This document shows, in pieces, positions 51,680 to 63,443 of a DNA stretch of 64,000 nt (its first letter is position 1; the number at the start of each line of letters is the position of its first letter). The position numbers and the translations under genes are program-made. Source of the stretch: Lama guanicoe (Eukaryota); NCBI GenBank assembly GCA_013239625.1, contig MU054220.1, positions 7,909,367 to 7,973,366 of the forward strand. Reading direction: 5' to 3'. The notes below the pieces were generated by a model. The model was given only the letters and a program-made list of their open reading frames with translations. It had not been told where the DNA came from and made no database searches.

Positions 51680-52640
51680 GCTTTGTTGTTTTTTGTTTTA
51701 TCTTTCATTAGTTTCTATTATTTATTATTTTCTTCCTTCTGCTTATTTTGAATTTAATTTACTCAGTTCCTGAATTAGAAGCTTATCTAATTAATTTGAA
51801 TTCTATTTTTCTTTTTCAGTATAAACACTGCTATGAATTTCCCTATAAGCCATGCGTTAGCCAAGTATCACAGATTTAACAGTGTATGCTTTCATTTGCA
51901 TTTAGTTCAAAATATTTTCTAATTTTCTTTGTGATTTTCTCTCCAATATGTCTTTTTTTTTTAAAGATGCTGTTTAATTTCAAAATGTTTTTCAATTTTG
52001 CCAATCATCTTTCTGCTACTGAATTAAACTTTGATTTATTGTGGTCAGAGAACATAATCTCTATGGTTTTAATCCTTTTAAATGTATTAAGACTAACTTT
52101 CATGGCCTAGGGTCTGGGTTATTTTGGTGAATATTCCACGGGCACTAGAGGAAAGTATATATTCTCTTATGGGCAGCTAAAGTGTTCTATAAACATTCAT
52201 TACATCAAGTTGCATGCTGGTGGTGTTCAAGGGTACTATACGATTATTGATTTTTAAGTTATTTTGTTCTTTCAATTACTGAGGAGGAAGTGATGAGATT
52301 CCACACTATGATTGTGGATTTCCTAGTTCTCCTTTCAAGTGATATCAGTTACATCATTTGGGGGCATATATGTTGATATTTTCACGTATTTTGAAGCGCT
52401 GTTACTAGGTTTATACACATTTAGGGTTGCTTTGTCCCCTTGATGAACTGGCCCTTTTCAGAATATGAAGTAGTCCTGTTTTCCCCTAGTAACAGTCATC
52501 ATTCCAAAGTCTAACTTTGATAGTAGCACAGTCCCTCAAGATTTCTTTTGATTAGTATTTTACTGCATATTTTTATTATTTACATGTAATGTGCTTTATC
52601 TTTGTGTTTAAAGTCAGTTTTTTTGGTGGACAGCATAACA
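51680..52640 (-). mobile_element. Old L1 ORF2 (endonuclease region) fragment
   Basis: ttgtggtcagagaacata, ttggtgaatattccacgggcac, tatgattgtggattt, gtattttgaagcgctgttactagg. Confidence 0.8.
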
Positions 52641-52698
52641 AGTGATGAATTGTTACTATTAATAGACAAAGACATGCATCCAAATTAAAATCCAAGAT

Positions 52699-52833
52699 GG
52701 GGGAGGGTCTAGCTCAGTGGCAGAGTGCATGCCTTGCACTCACAAAGTTCTGGGTTCAATCCCCACAACCTCCATTGAAAGATATATCAATAAAAACCTA
52801 ATTACCTCCCTCCAAAATAAAATAAATTAAAAA
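52699..52833 (+). mobile_element. tRNA-derived camelid SINE (vic-1-like)
   Basis: ggggagggtctagctcagtggcagagtgcatgc head with A box (52710-20) and B box gggttcaatccc (52752-63). Body aacctaattacctccc, A-rich tail, and TSD aaattaaaatcca (52682-94 / 52834-46). Confidence 0.9.
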
Positions 52834-52954
52834 AAATTAAAATCCACAAAGCTCAAATGTATGAAGAATGAAGTGAAATTTATTTAAAATAATGCCATTG
52901 TGGATGAAAAACTAATTGTATCTTCTATTTCCTTCCAGATTTTATCATTATCTG

Positions 52955-52989
52955 TCCCCTACATTTGTTCTCCCCTACATTTGTTCTCC
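52955..52989. repeat. 16-bp tandem duplication
   Basis: tcccctacatttgttc x2 followed by tcc. Confidence 0.95.
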
Positions 52990-52994
52990 TCCTA

Positions 52995-53260
52995 GCCTTT
53001 TCAAATTCCTAAGTCACTTGGCCTTTATTCTGTTCCTCAAACAAGAATCCTAGGAAGCACCTTTGGATCTTCCCGCTCCCTCACCTTCTCCTTCCCAGGC
53101 AACAGAAATCCTCTCCAACTGCATGGGTTCTTATTTCAACATTCAAAATACCTAAAATTTGACCATACTTCAGCATATCCACTTGTAGTTCAAAGTCTCA
53201 TTATCTGTTGTCTGAATCATGACAGTATCCTTCTAACTGGTCTTGACACTTGTCACTTCT
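52995..53260 (+). mobile_element. L2 fragment
   Basis: agaatcctaggaagcacctttggatcttccc...ccttctaactggtctt. Confidence 0.55.
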
Positions 53261-53408
53261 ATCTCAGGGCAGGCAGAAGTTTATGAATGACGGGGGATGG
53301 ATCTGGAGAGGCAGTGGAAGATAACTAAAGCATACGTTGTTACAGCCCTAGTTAATATTTAACACATTTGGAGTTTTTTAACCCTCAAAGGAAATAAGAT
53401 GTAGAATA

Positions 53409-54263
53409 CATTTTTTTTTGGTTGACATACACTATTATGTTGTTTCCAGGTGTACTACACAGTGATTTGACATTTGCATACATTATGAGATGATCACTGC
53501 AATAAATTTAGTAACCACCTGTCCCCATACAAAGTTATTACAGTATTATTAACTGTATTTCTTATGCTGCATATTACATCCCTATGGCTTATTTATTTTA
53601 TAACTGAAGGTTTGCACCTCTAAATCCCATGCACCTATTTTGCCCCCTCACCACCCTCCCCTCTAGCAACCACTCATTAGTTCTTAGTATTTATATCTGT
53701 TTTTGTTTTGTTCTGTTTATTCATTCGTTTTCTAGATTCCACATATAAGTGAAATCATACAATATTTGTCTTTCTCTGACTTATTTCATTTAGCATAATA
53801 ATGTACTCTAGATACACTCATGTGTCACAAATGACAAGATTTTACTTTACTCTTTATAGCTGAGTGATAGTCACTATATATATATAGTGACTATATATAT
53901 ATATTGATAGACACTGAGGTGTCTTCTATATCTTGGCTACTGTAAATAATGCTGCAATCAATAATGGGGTGCATATATCTTTTCAAGTTACTGTTTTGTT
54001 TTCTTTACATAAATACCTGAAGCGGAATTACTGGATGACAAGGTAGTCCTCTTTTTGGGTTTCTGAGGAACCTCCATACTGTTTTCCATAGCAGATCTGC
54101 CAATCCACCATCCTGCTAACAGTGCAGGAGGGTTCCCTCTTCTCCACACCCTTGCCGACACTTTATATTTGTTGTCATCTTGATAACAGCCATTCTGACA
54201 GGTGTGAGGTGGTTTTGATCTGCGTTTCCTTGATTGGCGATTTTGAGCATCTTTTCCTGTGTC
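53409..54263 (-). mobile_element. Laurasiatherian L1 3' end (L1MA9/L1_Carn-like) with TSD
   Basis: gttgacatacactattatgttgtttccaggtgtac...gaggaacctccatactgttttccatag...gagcatcttttc. Degenerate TSD taagatgtagaata (53395-408) / taagatgccgaata (54264-77). Confidence 0.9.
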
Positions 54264-56289
54264 TAAGATGCCGAATATCTTTGTGAAATCAACCTTTGGC
54301 TTGAGTCAGAAACACGAAGGAACTTTCATGGGATACTAGGTTCTCTACTGGGTTCTTTACCATTAACTATTTTTTTTTTGACCCACAGTTTAGCGTATTA
54401 CTAGCTATACAACTTAAAATTCATTTGTCTTATCCTCTTGATTCTTCCACAGTCCTAGAGACAGGAGTTGTTGGCCTTATGTTTATATCAGATATCTAAG
54501 GTTCAGAGGGGTTAATCAAGTAAGTGGAGTTACAGTCAGAACTGTATTTAAAGAGCCATGTGTGGGCTTCATTATAGCATCTTGCCTTGCCAGTGGCAGG
54601 ACATCTCTGCAGTAACTCAGGTTTGAAACAGCGAGGAGGCTAATCGTTGGCTATGGCAATGGGAAACGTCTGTAATGAGAGGATCAAGCTGAAGGAAGAA
54701 TCTATAGAACTCGATGAAAGTTCTGAATTTAGAGAAGGCAAGACTGATGGTGGGAGCTTGAGGGCTGGCCCTGGGGGACTTCGGTCTAGTTTTTGCAGAG
54801 GCACCTGGGATCACACATCATTATTCCATGTTACTTCAGTTGCATTATTGATTTGGGGAGCCTGTGCAATTTCTCTCCTAGTTATAACTCAACTGCTGCT
54901 GCTTTTGTGCTGAAAATACCTACTGCACTCCCTAATCCAATGAAGGATAAGAGCTACGCTGATATATTTGCCAGATTTTTGTTGTGGCTGCTTTTGTTGT
55001 TATTTTCATTTTCCTTCACAGACTCCAGCTGTCCCCAGGTCCATCTGTTTTTATTGTATTCACCATATACTGTTCGGCATGAAGCTTACTGGAAGCACAA
55101 TCATGTGAATCTGCAGGTGCAAATTTGACACTTTCGGCACCTGCAAACATTTGGAAAATTCACCAAGAGGCATTTTCAGCCGTTAGGGGATGGGGAAAAA
55201 AAACAATTAGTGGATAACATAAACCCTTAATATTGTTATTCTTATTATTTTTTCAAAACCGAATGTCTTCCAGTATGTCTCCTTGAGGACCAAATAGAAG
55301 CCAAGTTTGAATTAAAAATAAAATAATAACTCGTTTTGGGTTCTCCAAACACATTAAAGCACTGGAAAATTCTCTTAGATGCCTGCAAAAGAATGGTTAT
55401 TCTTCTTAACAGTCATATAATTAAAATTGGAAAAATATGTTTTTACAGAGCTCTTTGTAAGTCAAAATTACCTGTAGGGAAACAATGTGAGGTATTTCCA
55501 TCCAAAATGTTTTTCCCCCAAATAAAGTTCATTCTCTCTTTCAATGTCTTCATCAACCAGCATCAATAAGTATTTGTCCCAACCACTTATTAAACGATGA
55601 GAACCCTCCAAGCAGTAAAAAAGCAAAAATTTAAATTTCTCATCCCTTTTACTTTTAATTAACCGCCCATCATTTTAGTGTGTGTATTCACCCTTTCATA
55701 CATAGTGTCGTGGCTGACCTTTAAAAGTGGAAGTAAATTAAGAAGTGCTGAGCTATGACTCCTTCCGCAGTCAAGACAATTGACTGATTCTTTTTCAGTT
55801 ATTTTGTTTGCAGTGTCCATATATATATTGAATCCGAAGACTGGACAGAGAACATCAGGCATTTGGATTGATATGACATTCCAGGAAATATTCTGGAACT
55901 GACATTTGGCCCCTTATGGCCAAACTAAGATGATGCTAAGAGAATATCAAAAATCTACCAAGACTTGCCTTACTGTAATTTGTATAATAAAAAAGCAATA
56001 TAGATTATTTTGTATCAACATTTCCTCATATTGGTAAGATTTTCAATAGCGAGCCACAAAAGCGTAATTTGAGAACTTCTTGGAGTTTATTGCAGTGGAA
56101 ATGGGTTATTAAGGAAAAGAGGTGCTTCACTTATTGGCAACACCATGGACCAGGTACTTTGGCTGGTATTATTTTATTAAATCCTACACTAGTTTCCAGA
56201 AGGTGAAATCATTAACTGTATTTTCTATATCAGAGACTCAAAATGCCATCGACTTAGTACATATTATATATTCTAAGTGACTTATTTGT

Positions 56290-56450
56290 TTAAGATGCTT
56301 TATTATCCTAGGAGGAAGATACCATTAATATCTCCATTTTATAAATGAGGACACTGGGGCACAGAGGAGTTATGCAGCTTAGCCAGTCATACATCTAGTA
56401 AGTGGTGGAGACGGAGTCTGAAGCCAAGGAGTCTTGATCAGTGTTCCTAT
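56290..56450 (-). mobile_element. MIR SINE
   Basis: ctccattttataaatgaggacactggggcacagaggagttatgcagcttagcc...ctagtaagtggtggag. Confidence 0.85.
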
Positions 56451-57029
56451 ACTTAGTCACGAAGGGATGGCCCTTAGGTCACTCATGCATTAGTCAAAGT
56501 TATAGAAAATGCAATAGATGGAATTTTTTTAAAAATCCAAAGTCATATCACTTACTGGTTCTACTCAAGTGCATACCAGGGGGCCACAGTATTGTTAGTA
56601 AGGAATGGGAGGGACTGCAGCACTGCCTAGTCTGGAAGAGCTGCGATACCAAAATAATTTCCCAACTTCTTGATGTAATCTAAATCTAGCATGTAATCCA
56701 AAATACAACCTAGCAGAAAGGGCCCAAGCTGAGAATTTAAGTATAGGAGCCTTCAGTGATTATCAATGAGAGCAAGTCCTCAAGTGGAAAATATTTTTTA
56801 AACTATTCACTCATCTCCACTTTTTTTTCAATTTTGCTAAAATCTAGGGGGAATTTAGATCAAGAGTAGAGGGAGACAAAGAAAATAAATGCAGTAATTT
56901 GTGAAAGGTAAATTGCTGGGCATGATAACATCAAAACATTCGTCCCACTTTATTTCTAATGAGGTCCAAGTCTTAACTTTGAATTTAACTTACTTTGTTT
57001 TTAAATAGCAAAGATAAAAAAAAGATATT

Positions 57030-57245
57030 TAACGTCAGTAGTCATTAGGAAAATGTAAATTAATAACACAATAACATACCACTACACCTCCACTAACATG
57101 GATAAAATTAAAAAGACTGATCAAACCATGCCTTGTCAAGGATGTGGAAAAATTGGAACGATTATATACTCCAGGCAGGGATTTCAAATTATACCACCGC
57201 CTTGGAAAACAGTTTGGCAGTTTCTTAGAAAGTTCAAACATACAA
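57030..57245 (+). mobile_element. L1 ORF2 C-terminal fragment
   Basis: agtcattaggaaaatgtaaatt...cttggaaaacagtttggcagtttcttagaaagtt. Confidence 0.8.
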
Positions 57246-57520
57246 AGACCGTGTTGCAGGGTGTTTTCATGACAAATTTGCCCCAATGTTATTCAATCTT
57301 ATAAATCTGACAGTTGACGTGTTACTACTTTGGTATTGCTCTTGTGAAACTCCTGAAGCCACCGTTTGCTTCAGAAATTGAACTTGTCTATTTGTCATTT
57401 TTAAGATTTGGGCATCCATTTCTCATCGCATTCATCTTACTCTTTTTCTGTCTATAAAAAAAATTCATATTTATTCTTCAAAAGCCCATTCAAATATTCC
57501 TTCTCTGAACTATTCTACAC

Positions 57521-59787
57521 AGTATTAGTTTGTTAAGACTGTTGTGACAAATTATCACAAACTTGGTGGCTTTAAAACAACAGAAACTTATTCTCTCACA
57601 GTTCTGGAAGCCGTATATCTGAAATCAAGGTGTTGGCAGGGACCTGCCCTTTCTGAAGGCTGTAAAGACTTCCTCCTTGCCTCTTCCAGTTTCTGGTGAT
57701 CTCATGCATTCCTTAGCTAAGTCCAACCTCCGTCTCTGTCTTCACATGGCAGTCTTTTCCCTCGGTGTGTCTATGTCTTTGTATCCAAATTTTCTTCTTA
57801 AAAAGACACCAGTCATACTGAAGTTAGTCACTTTGATCAGTATGACCTTATCTTACCTAACTAAATCTACAGAGATCCTCTTTTCAAATAAGATCACATT
57901 CTGAGTACTTGGGTGAACGTGAATATTCAGGAGATGCTGTTCAAGCCAGCAGAGTCCACTCTATGACCAGCAAAACTTCACATATATCCCACATGCAAAG
58001 TGTATTCAGTCAATCCCAATGTCCCCAAAGTCTTAAATCTATTTGAGCATTAACTCTGTACCAAATTTCACATACATGTCACATCAAAAGGTTTCAAATT
58101 TCATCATCTATATAATCTAAATCATCTCCAGGAGAGATTCTGAGTATGATCAATCCTTGGGCAAAATTTCTCAGCATCTTTGGACTTGTGAAAAACTAGA
58201 AAAAATTATCTGATTCCAAAGTGCAAGTTGTGGGGCAGACACAGAATAGACATTTATATTTTGAAAGTGAGAAAATAGAACAATAAAGAAGCTACTGATG
58301 TAAAGCAAACTTGGAATCCAGCAAGGTAACTTCCAACAGCTTTCAAGCTTTGAGAATAATCTTCTGGTTTGTTCTACCTCTGGATTCATGGAAGGTCTGT
58401 CTTTGGGGAACAAGGAGGCCTCCAGGGCCCACCCTCTGGGCCTACGGAAGTTACCTTGTGCCTCTGGGTCAGCCTACCAGGCTTCTGCCTCTTCCTGCAA
58501 AGTAATTTTCCATTTTCCTGAAGGGTAGCTCATATTTTGTACCTGAGTATTTTTTTTCAACTTGTTTCCTGCCTACAGAATCCCAGAAGGTCAACAGCCT
58601 TCCTTCATTTCATGCTGTCTCTGTCCCCTTCAGTCCAAGCTGACAGTGTTTCATCTCTATTTCTGGCTTCTCATGAGCTGAGTGATTGCATCCATGTGTT
58701 ACACACGTAATCTCTTCAACCATAGTTACTAAACCACAACCGTGGACGTGTTTCCAGAGCATTTTATCTGGATAAGGTGAAAAATTTCCAATCAGTGAAG
58801 ACTGGTTCATTTTGGATTAATAGGTCCTTCCTCAATTGAACTCTTTCTTCTTCCATCTTGCTATAAACTCAAGGAACAACCAGGTCACCCTGTCCAGAGT
58901 TTGGTGGGACTCTTCTTAGCTAAATATCAAGTTTACAGCTTACAGGTGATACTTTCCATGCACTACTAGAGCTCAAAGCAGTCGTGTTTTCTACCACTGT
59001 AACAAAGATCATTTGTCATCTAATGTCCAGACGTAAGTTTCTTCTTTCCTTCTGAGACCTCATGAGAAACACCTGTCAGGTTCATATTTCTCCCTGTTGA
59101 TTCTGTTGATGACAATACATGTAATTCTTGATGACAACAGAAGATTTCTCTAACTTACTCTTTATTCCTCCTGATCTCTCACCAGATTTGCCTTTAACGT
59201 TCATATTTCTACAAACTATCTCCTCAAGGTAATCTATGATTTTTTTTCAATCAGGCACCTCAAAACTTTTCCAGCCTTTCTACCCATTACCTAATCCCAA
59301 AGCTACTTCCACGTTTTTAGGTATTTGTTCTACAAGTTCTGGTACCAAAATCTGTATTTGTTTCTAAGGGTCACTGTCAAAATCACCAAAAATTAGGAGA
59401 CTTAACAGAAATTTATTCTCTCACAATTCTGGAGGCTAAAAAGTATCGAATCAAGATGTAAACAAGGCCAGGCTCTCCAAGAGCTCTAGGGAAGAAATCA
59501 TTCTTACTCCCCCAGTTTTCAGTGGCCCCAGACTTGGGACAGCATCGCTCCAATTTCTACCTCCTTCTTTAAAGGCTCTCTTCTCTCTCTGTGGCCCTGT
59601 ATTCAAATTTCCCTCGTCATAATAAGCACATCAGTCATATCGGATTTAGAGCCCATCCTAATCCAGCATGACCTCATCTTAACTGATTGTATTTGTGGAG
59701 ATTCTGTTTCCAAATAAGGGCACATTCTGAGTTTCCAGATGGACCTGAATTAGGGGGCAGGGAAGGGGTCCTATGCAACCTGGTACA
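57521..59787 (-). mobile_element. MaLR provirus (MLT1C-like) with both LTRs and internal region
   Basis: LTRs at ~57521-57950 and 59353-59787. Minus-strand LTR/internal junction ...aataca|gattttggtacc is typical of MaLR. 5-bp near-TSD tacac (57516-20) / aacac (59788-92). Confidence 0.85.
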
Positions 59788-59792
59788 AACAC

Positions 59793-60025
59793 TAAACACA
59801 AACAGCTCCCCTCATTTGAATATTCTCATAATATTCTACATCAAATTCTACTATAGATTACATCCAATTTTATGGTAATTGTTTGTCTACTCTATAGAAC
59901 AATAACGGCCATGAGTGACAGATTTTATTTTTAATTTCTTACCCCACTGTATCCCCGTTGTCCAGTGTAAGGTCTAAGACATGATCAATAAATGATCATT
60001 TAATGGCTTACAAATGAATGAATGC
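59793..60025 (+). mobile_element. L2 3' end (host of the MaLR)
   Basis: tttgtctactctatagaac...gatcaataaatgat...aaatgaatgaatg. Confidence 0.65.
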
Positions 60026-60759
60026 TCCATGTAACCTAGAGCTAAAGTTTAATTGAACAAAATGGTTTATAGCCACTAATATGGTTATGTCGAACACATT
60101 TTAGTATCAAAGCCCCTGTTAGCCTTGCACAAAAATGTTTTAAAAGATTGTCATAAAAGAGTAAACACGAATGTTGCATCTAAACTAAATGAAGTTACAA
60201 TTAAAATTACACAGGTCTTGTTGCAGTAAAATGGTTTTAACTATGTCAAGTGATTTTCTGTGGAACTAGAAGACCTCTCTGGCAACACATTAAGGACCAA
60301 AAATTTTAAAACAGAGCAGAGTTGTAGCAGCACTAATTTCTTAGACTACATATGTTTTCGTAAAATGGATCTCAAATTTTATAAATTATAGAGGTTTGAT
60401 TGTTTATCTTTTTCTCTATGTAATGAACTTTTGCAGGAAAAATTTTCATCATATAAATCTTGTTCACTTGTGTCTTTGCAAAATAGTTGGCTTATTCACA
60501 TAAAAAATAAAATACTAACCAAGGGAAAAAAATCTTAATACAGAACTTACAGATTGCCTCTTAAACCAATGATTATTTCAGTGAGAAATGAGGGTTTAAG
60601 GAGTTGCAGTTCTTTTACTTAGGAGTTTACAGGACTGATTCTCCTGAGAACAGTAAGTTAATAATGTGAGTTTTTAAGATATATTTCAAAATTTTCAAGG
60701 GCTAATGGGCATAATATTTACCTGTGGTAAATCTATACAAGTCAATGTATCTTACTGAG

Positions 60760-60960
60760 AAAGAGTGTGGGGTTCTATAGTCAGAATTCATACATTTTAG
60801 GCTTGTATCCCACATTTACTGCATCTGGAATCTTAGAAAACATGTTCTCTATGCCTCAATTTCTTCAGCTGTAGAATCTGTATAAAAACAGTACTCAGTT
60901 CAGTTGGTTGGTGGAATGACTCAATGAAATCATCACTTATCATAGTGCCTGTTACACAGA
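60760..60960 (+). mobile_element. MIR SINE
   Basis: ttctctatgcctcaatttcttcagctgtagaat...catagtgcctgttacacaga. Confidence 0.7.
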
Positions 60961-62941
60961 ACTACTTTTCAGTTCTTTTTGTTTTTATGTCCCTCTTTAC
61001 ATGACCAAACAGGCTTAGTAAAATATTGCATTTAGTTGCAACTAATAAGATTCTTATCAGCTGGGGTCATCACCCTTGATGGCAGAGTTTAATTGAGGAG
61101 GCAGAGTGGCAATCTCACTCTGACCAAGGGCTGGGATTGGTAGTTGTATGTGACTTTGTCAAAGAGAAAATAAAAAATAAAATTGAATGTTACTTAATAA
61201 ACATTACTAAGTAACTGCATGTTTGCTGGTAATAACTTGAAACAATAAAACACATTATTGGTAAGTAAAAAGTTGAGGTGGTAAAAACTTCTAATGTTTC
61301 ATTCCTCAACCTTTGTCATATGAGATAGTAACACCTAATTTTCTCTTTCTCTTTTTCTCCCATCCCCTACTCCTCTATTCAGAAAGAGGCATATACAGTG
61401 AAGATGATGTGCCGTTGAATAATGAAATTAATTACAGTGAAGGGTCTGATCCAATTTTAAAGGATGAGGGTAAAGGAGTTGACAAGTATATCCCCACCTG
61501 TCTTAGACAGTATTACCTTGTTTGACTAGAAAACGGAATAACTAATTGCTACTTTCAAGACCACAATGAATGTAGTTATATACAATAATGACCCAAAAAA
61601 TCACAATTTTACCTAAAGAGTAGCATTACATTAATCTGAATTTTGTTTATCTGAGCCTATGAATTTTTGTTTTAGCTAGTGAACTCATCACTCAAATCAG
61701 GTGTGTTTATCAGAAACTTAAATAGATTTTTAAAGACATTTCCTCTAACTGGCTCCGTAGAGTATACCAGTTGTGAATATGTATGTACAAATGGAAATAT
61801 GTATGCTTTCCCTTTGGAGGGTGCATTTGTTTTTGTCTCAATTACCAGAAAAAACATAAAAAGAAATTTGAACTAGTTATTCCAGCAGCCTGTATTTAAT
61901 TTCAAACTGTCAGAAAAGGCTTCTATACAATCCCTGTTGTACCATAAATAAGATAGTGATAACTTTCAAAGCATTCTAGTGTTTTCCCATTCTTCAAAAA
62001 TAATTTAGACTAAAACACTGGTTCCTTCTTAAGACACACCATGAAAGAGCTGAGAGTTACCACTCACTATCTTTAATGAAAATGCGTTTACCTTTGCCAA
62101 GAAAGTAATTATTATAAGTCAATGTTCCAATACAAGGTTCTACCATGGAATTACATCAACACAATTACTCTGAGAGTATCTTCCGTGTGCCTACTTTCAA
62201 TCTTGTTGGCTAGAAATAGAAGGAAAGAGCCTGTTAAGTGGAAAGTTTTCCATGATGTTGCATCAATACTATTTTGGAATCCCTGTTTTGTGGCTGCTTT
62301 TTGTTTTGCTTTTCTGGTGAGACATGAAAAATTTGCTGTGTGTTCTGGCAATTAACATTTCGCTACAAAGAAAGCGAGATCTGCTCCAGTGCAACTGGTG
62401 GTACCACTGCATGCTCTTTGATGCAGGAAATAAATCCCCTTCCTGGTTCATCTCCAGTAGCTCCCCTTACTTGGAAGCAATAGGGAGTCTTCAAGTGTAC
62501 ACAGTGCAACTGAGTTATGCAGCTCTCAAATCCCTTTATTTTACCCCTTTGAAAACCTGTTTCCCTTTAGAAAAACTTCATGAAGACTCAGGGGAAGGAA
62601 AAAGTAAATTTTATTTAATTTTCCCACAAGTCTCACACATACTGCCTCTAGTGAAGACCACAATTCCAAGAAAATATGGTGGGTTGCATGGTAACAGAGA
62701 TTACAGAGACAAAACAGGGAACAAAGCCAAAACAATGAAAAAGTCAACTTGTCTGAATTAATCAAGAAATTTAAATTCAGATTTGGGGGAGGGGCTTATA
62801 GTATACTTGTTTTTATCAACTATAGGTTATTATACCATTCTTACATAATCATAGTCTTTTAGTTCTGTCCCCTCATTTTGAAGGAGAGCAAACTAGAAAT
62901 GTCTTTAAGAATGAGAAGAAAATGGTTTGGTGATTTAGAAA

Positions 62942-63443
62942 TACTGGGGCCAAGGACAGGCCACCCCAAGATGGGCCTCGATGGCATACTGATTATTTTG
63001 AATTAAAGTTACTTAAGAAATGGCCAATGGTGGCCCTCCTTTCTGCCTCCCTGAAAACAGGAAACAAATCTCCCACAAGGAAAGTGCACCTTCCCTTATC
63101 ACCAGACAGGGAATTCAGGGCTGAGAAGCCTATATAAGTAAAACTGATTTCTTCTTCAGTTTACTACACCAAGCCCAAACTCTGTGTAGATTCTTCATGA
63201 ATTGGGCACCCAAAACCCAGGTTTCTTTGCCCTGTCAATTCCTCACAAATTTGTTTCTTTGTCCAAAAAGTATAAAAGCTCCCAGTGTTGGCCCCTTCTT
63301 ATGTCCCATTTCTATGGAATCTCCATGAGCATGAATTAAAATTTGTCTTTTTCTTCTGTTAATCCATCTTGTGTCAAATTTATTATTAGTCCAGCCACAG
63401 TCGCTTAAGATGGATTGAGGGGGAAATTTCCCCCTCCCTGACA
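62942..63443 (+). mobile_element. ERV1 solo LTR (MER34-like)
   Basis: ggccaccccaagatgggcctc...ggcatactgattattttgaatt start, TATAAAA at 63271, ATTAAA at 63335, end gggaaatttccccctccctgaca. Confidence 0.8.

Noticed and set aside
52699..52770. tRNA gene
   Set aside because: The tRNA-like head continues into a SINE body, A-tail and TSD, so it is a SINE.
54647..55128. Overlapping 88-aa and 111-aa hydrophobic ORFs
   Set aside because: No recognisable family; the hydrophobic runs reflect T-rich DNA.
62324..62761. 145-aa ATG ORF
   Set aside because: No recognisable domain or gene context, and its length is compatible with chance in 64 kb across six frames.
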